Shown: piece by piece, positions 59,726 to 64,000 of the stretch
How the letters are laid out: every line of letters starts with the position of its first letter
Position numbering within the stretch: the first letter of the stretch is position 1
Origin: a virus
Taxonomy: Duplodnaviria > Caudoviricetes
DNA length: 64,000 nucleotides
Virus record (IMG/VR): IMGVR_UViG_3300020045_008916
Span: 10,166-74,165 of that record
Direction: 5' to 3' (one strand)
The notes under the pieces: model-generated
What the model saw: only the letters and a program-made list of their open reading frames with translations
What the model was told of the DNA's origin: nothing
Databases searched by the model: none
Position numbers and translations under genes: made by a program

Positions 59726-61721
59726 ATGGCATTTCCACTATCAGCAGGTATTGGTCTTGGTGCGGCAGCTGTTGGGGGGATTTTCGGAGCCTTCCAAACT
59801 GCTAAGGCCAACAGACTGGAACGAGGTAATACATTGCCCCTTGCAGACGTAAACGCAAATATAGCAAACAATGTTGCACTCGCCCAGCAGATGTCCAACG
59901 TAGGTCTTGCTCAAGAGCAATATGACGCAGCAGTACAAGGGCAAAATCAAAATCTAACAGCAGCACTAAAAGCTTCTGGGAGAACAGGAAGAAACACCAA
60001 TGTTGGTGGTATTTTGAGACAGGCAAACGAAGCCACCTTAAAGCTTAATGCAGCTGATGCAGCCGCTAGACAACAGAACCAAAGACTTTTAATACAGCAG
60101 AGACAAGTATTAGCAGGAGAAGAGCAAAGGGTATGGAACTGGAACAAAGCGCAACCGTATCTTAAAATGAGTCAGAGAATTGCTGCTCTAAGAAATGCTG
60201 GAAACCAGAACATGTTCGGAGCTTTAGGAGCTGGTGCTGCAATAGGTATGAACATCGACGCACAAAATCAATCATAACATGGCAACAGACAATTATCAAG
60301 GCGGCAGCGAAATAAATCTGTCTGGATTTTTTCAGGGGCTTGTAGGCAATCTCTACAAAAATCAAGCTACTATCGCAAAAAGAAAGGCTGACGAGGCTAA
60401 GGCAACGAGTGATGTGAATAAAGAAATTTCTGCACTTGTTGGCAAAGTAAGCCCTAATGGCGTTCAACAGAAAGACGTAGAAGAGTTTTCTAAAATGTAT
60501 GATGAGATTAAAGAATTGAATTTCAAGGCTTCAAAAGCGGCATCGACTACAGAAGCTAGAAAACTTCAGGCAGAAATTCAGGGAAAGATACAACAAACAA
60601 ATCTTTTTGTAAATCAATCCAAACAGGCAGGGCAGCAGATTGTAAAATTTGCAGACGAAGTACAGCGAAATTCTTGGGGCTATAATGATACAGTAAAAGC
60701 CCACTTGAAAAAACTACAGGACACACCAACTTCAAAGCTTTTGACTACAGATTATGACTATTCCAATTTCAAGCCAAGTCCAGATGCAGTGAAGATGGAT
60801 ACCATCAACGATAGCATTTTTAAAGAGGCTGTTTTAGGTGCAAGAAATAATCCAGCTCTAAGAAGAATGACTCAGTCAGGAATTACAGATGCTACAGGAC
60901 AAAGAGGTACATTATTCCGAGAAGTTGCTGCTGGTCAGACAGGGGCGGTAATCGAAAGAATGAAACAGGAATACTCTGTAAATCCTCAATACCGTGCATA
61001 CTACGATGATAAAGCTAAACAGTCTGGCATTCCACCAGAAGCAGTTATCGCTAAAGATGTGGTAGATGCAAATAAAGCTGGAAGATTGAACTGGATGGGA
61101 GATGGGTCTATCAAATATCCAAGCAAGGGAAAATCTGGAAGCGGTGATGATGATGGTACGGGAAGCGAATACCTACAGGGAGAGACAGTACAGAATTTTG
61201 GAAGTGGTAACACTACAACAACTGCTAAAAACTTTGTCTCTATTGCCACAACACCTACACTAACAGCAGGAGGTACTTTTACAATGCAAAACAGTCAAGG
61301 TCAAAAAGTTAAATTGAACTCGACAGCTGATGAATTTAAACTTGTAGGTGTAGGCCTTTATCCTGTTGTAAAAAAAGATATCAACTCTAAAGTTAAAAAA
61401 GGGGATATAGCTACATCAGATTTTGCAGCTAAAAACCCTAATGCCGTAGAGTATGTAGAGAAGGCAGTTGTTAGAGGTAATGCTGATAAGTATGAAAAGA
61501 TGTTTGGTATAGCAGGTTCTGTGTACTTTGCAGACCCTAAAGAGGTGCTTTCAAAAGCCAAGCTTACTAAAAAACAAGCAGCAGCATACAAGGAATTGCA
61601 AGCTTTAAAACCAACAGCTAAGCCTTCAACAGTGAAAGCTAGTACACCTGCTCAAACCCCTAAGCCAGTGGTTAAAAGCCAAGCAAAAACTGCTCCTAAA
61701 AAAGAAACCCTTAAATGGTAA
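59726..61721 (+). CDS. Two internal virion/ejection proteins (59726-60277, 60279-61721)
   Basis: Gly/Ala-rich amphipathic termini and Gln-rich helices; synteny after the tail genes. Confidence 0.6.
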
Positions 61722-63952
61722 CAATAATGGATGAAAAAGAATTAGAAAAATTGTATGGTGTTGTATCAGAGAAATTTGATATCGGCACCTTTGATGCTTT
61801 CAAAGAAAAGATGACAACTTCAGAAGATAGAAAAAAGTTCTATGATGTGGTTGATAAAAAAGGATTTAGTCTTGGAGACTACGATGCTTATGAAAAACGC
61901 TTGGGAAAGTCAAACGAAGTTTCTTTACAAGGCTCAGAGACTACTTCGGAAACATCTACCGAGCCATTACCAGCTTCCCAGACTTTTGATGAGTTTGGGA
62001 TGCCTGTTGAATACCTTACGGACGAGAGTTTAATACTTCCACCACCTGCTGATACAAAAAACCCAGATGCGGATATTTTGGAAGTTCCAGTTGTCCCGAA
62101 TGATTTACAGATAGCAGGTACAGAAGGGCAGATAAGACAAGAAAAAGTACCTTACGGTGAGTGGCTTTCACAGTTTAATCAACCTACATTTCTTAGCAAG
62201 GGCTGGTTTGATTTGGAAGGAATTTACAAACAGGAAGAAGAGGTTGGAAATTATAAGCTGACAGCTAAACAAAAATTAGCTTTTACCACCCCAAGCAATC
62301 CACTCTTCTCCACTAAAAGTGCATACTACGGGGGGTCGGGAAAAGACGAAAAAGTAGCCAAGTGGATAAGTACTCAGGACGAGGCAGGACATGCCCTTAA
62401 ACTCGGTACCTATAACAAGGAAACTAACGGCATGAAAGCCATCATCGATACGTTTCAGGAACTGTATTCAAAATACACCCTACTGGACACAGATGGTTCC
62501 GTTATCTACGCAAATGGAGAGATATCTCCCAAATATGAAAAATATGCTTTGTACGGAGAAAGTGGAGAGATAGATGCTCCAACCAGTTTAAAAAACACCC
62601 TAAGTAATATTGGTAATAGGCTGAGCGGTTTTGATGACCGATTAGCTATAATGTCTGCTGATACTTGGGAGGCCATCCTTGGAAAAGAGCTTACTGGAAA
62701 CATCAACGAATTTTTTGATGCCCAGAGTTTTTCTGATAAAAGAACTGAAGCGTATGCAGAGCTGGACAAATTACAGACAGAGGTTAAAACCACAAGAGAT
62801 TTGGGAGAAGCCTTGAGGAGTAAAGATGCAATCGGTTCCGCTGTTGCCATTTTAGATTTAATGGGAAGCGTAGTACCTTCAGCACCCTTAGCGGTAGCTG
62901 GTGGAGTGCCTCTAGTCTTAGATTTTGCTGGTGATTATGTCTATCAGTACAACAAAGAAAAAGCAAGGCAAATGGGGGTATCTGTCGAAAAACTTTACAA
63001 AGACGGTAATAATGATTATGTGGCACCAGCCATGCTCGGAACTGTTGCAGGTCTTTTGGAGAAATTTCAAATCAAGAATGCAAAACAGATATTGCTTTCA
63101 AGTTTCGATACGAAAGGTTCTAAGGTTATGGTTAAGCTTTTAGGGTCTGTCAATAAAGAGGGACTTCAAGAATGGTTTCAATATGGAACAGAGCAGGGGA
63201 ACTTAAAGGCAGCTGACCCAAAGGCAACATCAGGAGAAGTAGGAGGGGCTATCACTGAGGCTCTGTTTTCAGAACAGGGGATAAAAGCTTACTTGTATGC
63301 AGCAGTAGCTTCAATGGGTATTGGCGGTGTTGGAAAGTTAGCAAAAACATTTGGAACAACATCAAGGAGTTTGGTCAATAACTATAAAACTTTCTATGCA
63401 CTGATGACCGATGCGGGTAAGTTTACCAAAGGAAGTCCTGAAAGATTGGCATTAGAAGTCCAAATGGATGAAGTTGCTGGAAAAATGACAAATGATTTAG
63501 CAAAAGCAGCCAGAGAAGAAAGCAAACTTGAAGCCCTTCCGTTAGAGGATAAGGTTAAGGTGAATAAGATGCAACAGGAGCTTGCTGACGTAACAGTGGC
63601 TATTGAAAATCCAGAGACATCCAACGAAACAAAAGGAGTTCTTGCCCAAAAAGAGGCTGAGCTGGAAATAGAAATGGAAGACTTAATTGACTCCGCACCA
63701 GAACAAACTGTTAAAGAGGATGTTTCACCAGAGGCAACAATACCAGCCAATATAGTAGAAGCTTTTAAAGGTGGCGAAGAAGGTATTCGTGCTAGAAAAG
63801 AACAGGTTTATAAAGAATTGGTAACAGGACTAAGAAAAACAGCAAACATGTTTGTTAATCCTCAATTTGCAAAACAATTATTGGAGTATGCAATACTATC
63901 TATTGCTGATGGGTCAGCTGCCTTTAAGTTCCCCTGCTCTGTTCCATATTGA
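61715..63952 (+). CDS. Large internal virion/ejection protein, apparently truncated by an inverted duplication
   Basis: The last ~14 codons derive from an antisense copy of 63130-63220. Confidence 0.6.
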   Translation: MVTIMDEKELEKLYGVVSEKFDIGTFDAFKEKMTTSEDRKKFYDVVDKKGFSLGDYDAYEKRLGKSNEVSLQGSETTSETSTEPLPASQTFDEFGMPVEYLTDESLILPPPADTKNPDADILEVPVVPNDLQIAGTEGQIRQEKVPYGEWLSQFNQPTFLSKGWFDLEGIYKQEEEVGNYKLTAKQKLAFTTPSNPLFSTKSAYYGGSGKDEKVAKWISTQDEAGHALKLGTYNKETNGMKAIIDTFQELYSKYTLLDTDGSVIYANGEISPKYEKYALYGESGEIDAPTSLKNTLSNIGNRLSGFDDRLAIMSADTWEAILGKELTGNINEFFDAQSFSDKRTEAYAELDKLQTEVKTTRDLGEALRSKDAIGSAVAILDLMGSVVPSAPLAVAGGVPLVLDFAGDYVYQYNKEKARQMGVSVEKLYKDGNNDYVAPAMLGTVAGLLEKFQIKNAKQILLSSFDTKGSKVMVKLLGSVNKEGLQEWFQYGTEQGNLKAADPKATSGEVGGAITEALFSEQGIKAYLYAAVASMGIGGVGKLAKTFGTTSRSLVNNYKTFYALMTDAGKFTKGSPERLALEVQMDEVAGKMTNDLAKAAREESKLEALPLEDKVKVNKMQQELADVTVAIENPETSNETKGVLAQKEAELEIEMEDLIDSAPEQTVKEDVSPEATIPANIVEAFKGGEEGIRARKEQVYKELVTGLRKTANMFVNPQFAKQLLEYAILSIADGSAAFKFPCSVPY

Positions 63953-64000
63953 AACCATTCTTGAAGTCCCTCTTTATTGACAGACCCTAAAAGCTTAACC
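63910..64000. repeat. Exact 91-bp inverted copy of 63130-63220 running off the window end
   Basis: Base-by-base reverse-complement match. Confidence 0.97.

Noticed and set aside
1-64000. Stop-codon recoding as seen in some crAss-like phages
   Set aside because: Core genes are full length in the standard code, TAA, TAG and TGA all terminate genes, and no suppressor tRNA is present.

Overview
The whole window is an AT-rich lytic dsDNA phage genome segment with crAss-like (Crassvirales-related) architecture. The host is inferred to be Bacteroidota from TAnnTTTG promoters, A-rich initiation regions without Shine-Dalgarno motifs, and a DUF3127 gene. Layout: 1-4.8 kb (+) tail fibre with SGNH esterase and amidase endolysin. 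4.8-11 kb (+) nucleotide, replication and recombination genes (phosphoesterase, dNTP diphosphohydrolase, DnaB, YqaJ, ERF, GIY-YIG). 11-39 kb (-) long early/middle region of small genes including an Rnl2 RNA ligase, HAD phosphatase, 2OG oxygenase, SLOG protein, an atypical tRNA, a nucleotidyltransferase, primase and an intein-containing PolA. 40.8-41.5 kb late-promoter-driven non-coding RNA candidates. 41.5-64 kb (+) SSB, GroES-like genes, TerS/TerL, portal, scaffold, major capsid, tail ring and muzzle proteins, and ejection proteins. The most notable observation is three self-cleaving ribozymes of two classes (type II hammerhead with pseudoknot, type III hammerhead overlapping a start codon, P1-type twister) punctuating the start of an early operon. 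Two of them bracket a 711-nt ORF-free, partly highly structured RNA. Also seen: a fixed-spacing late promoter class (CACCCC-N26-TAnnTTTG), an anticodon-less mini-tRNA, and a 91-bp inverted duplication at the window end that is probably a chimera artefact. All family assignments are by eye and from memory of motifs; no searches or folding programs were run.
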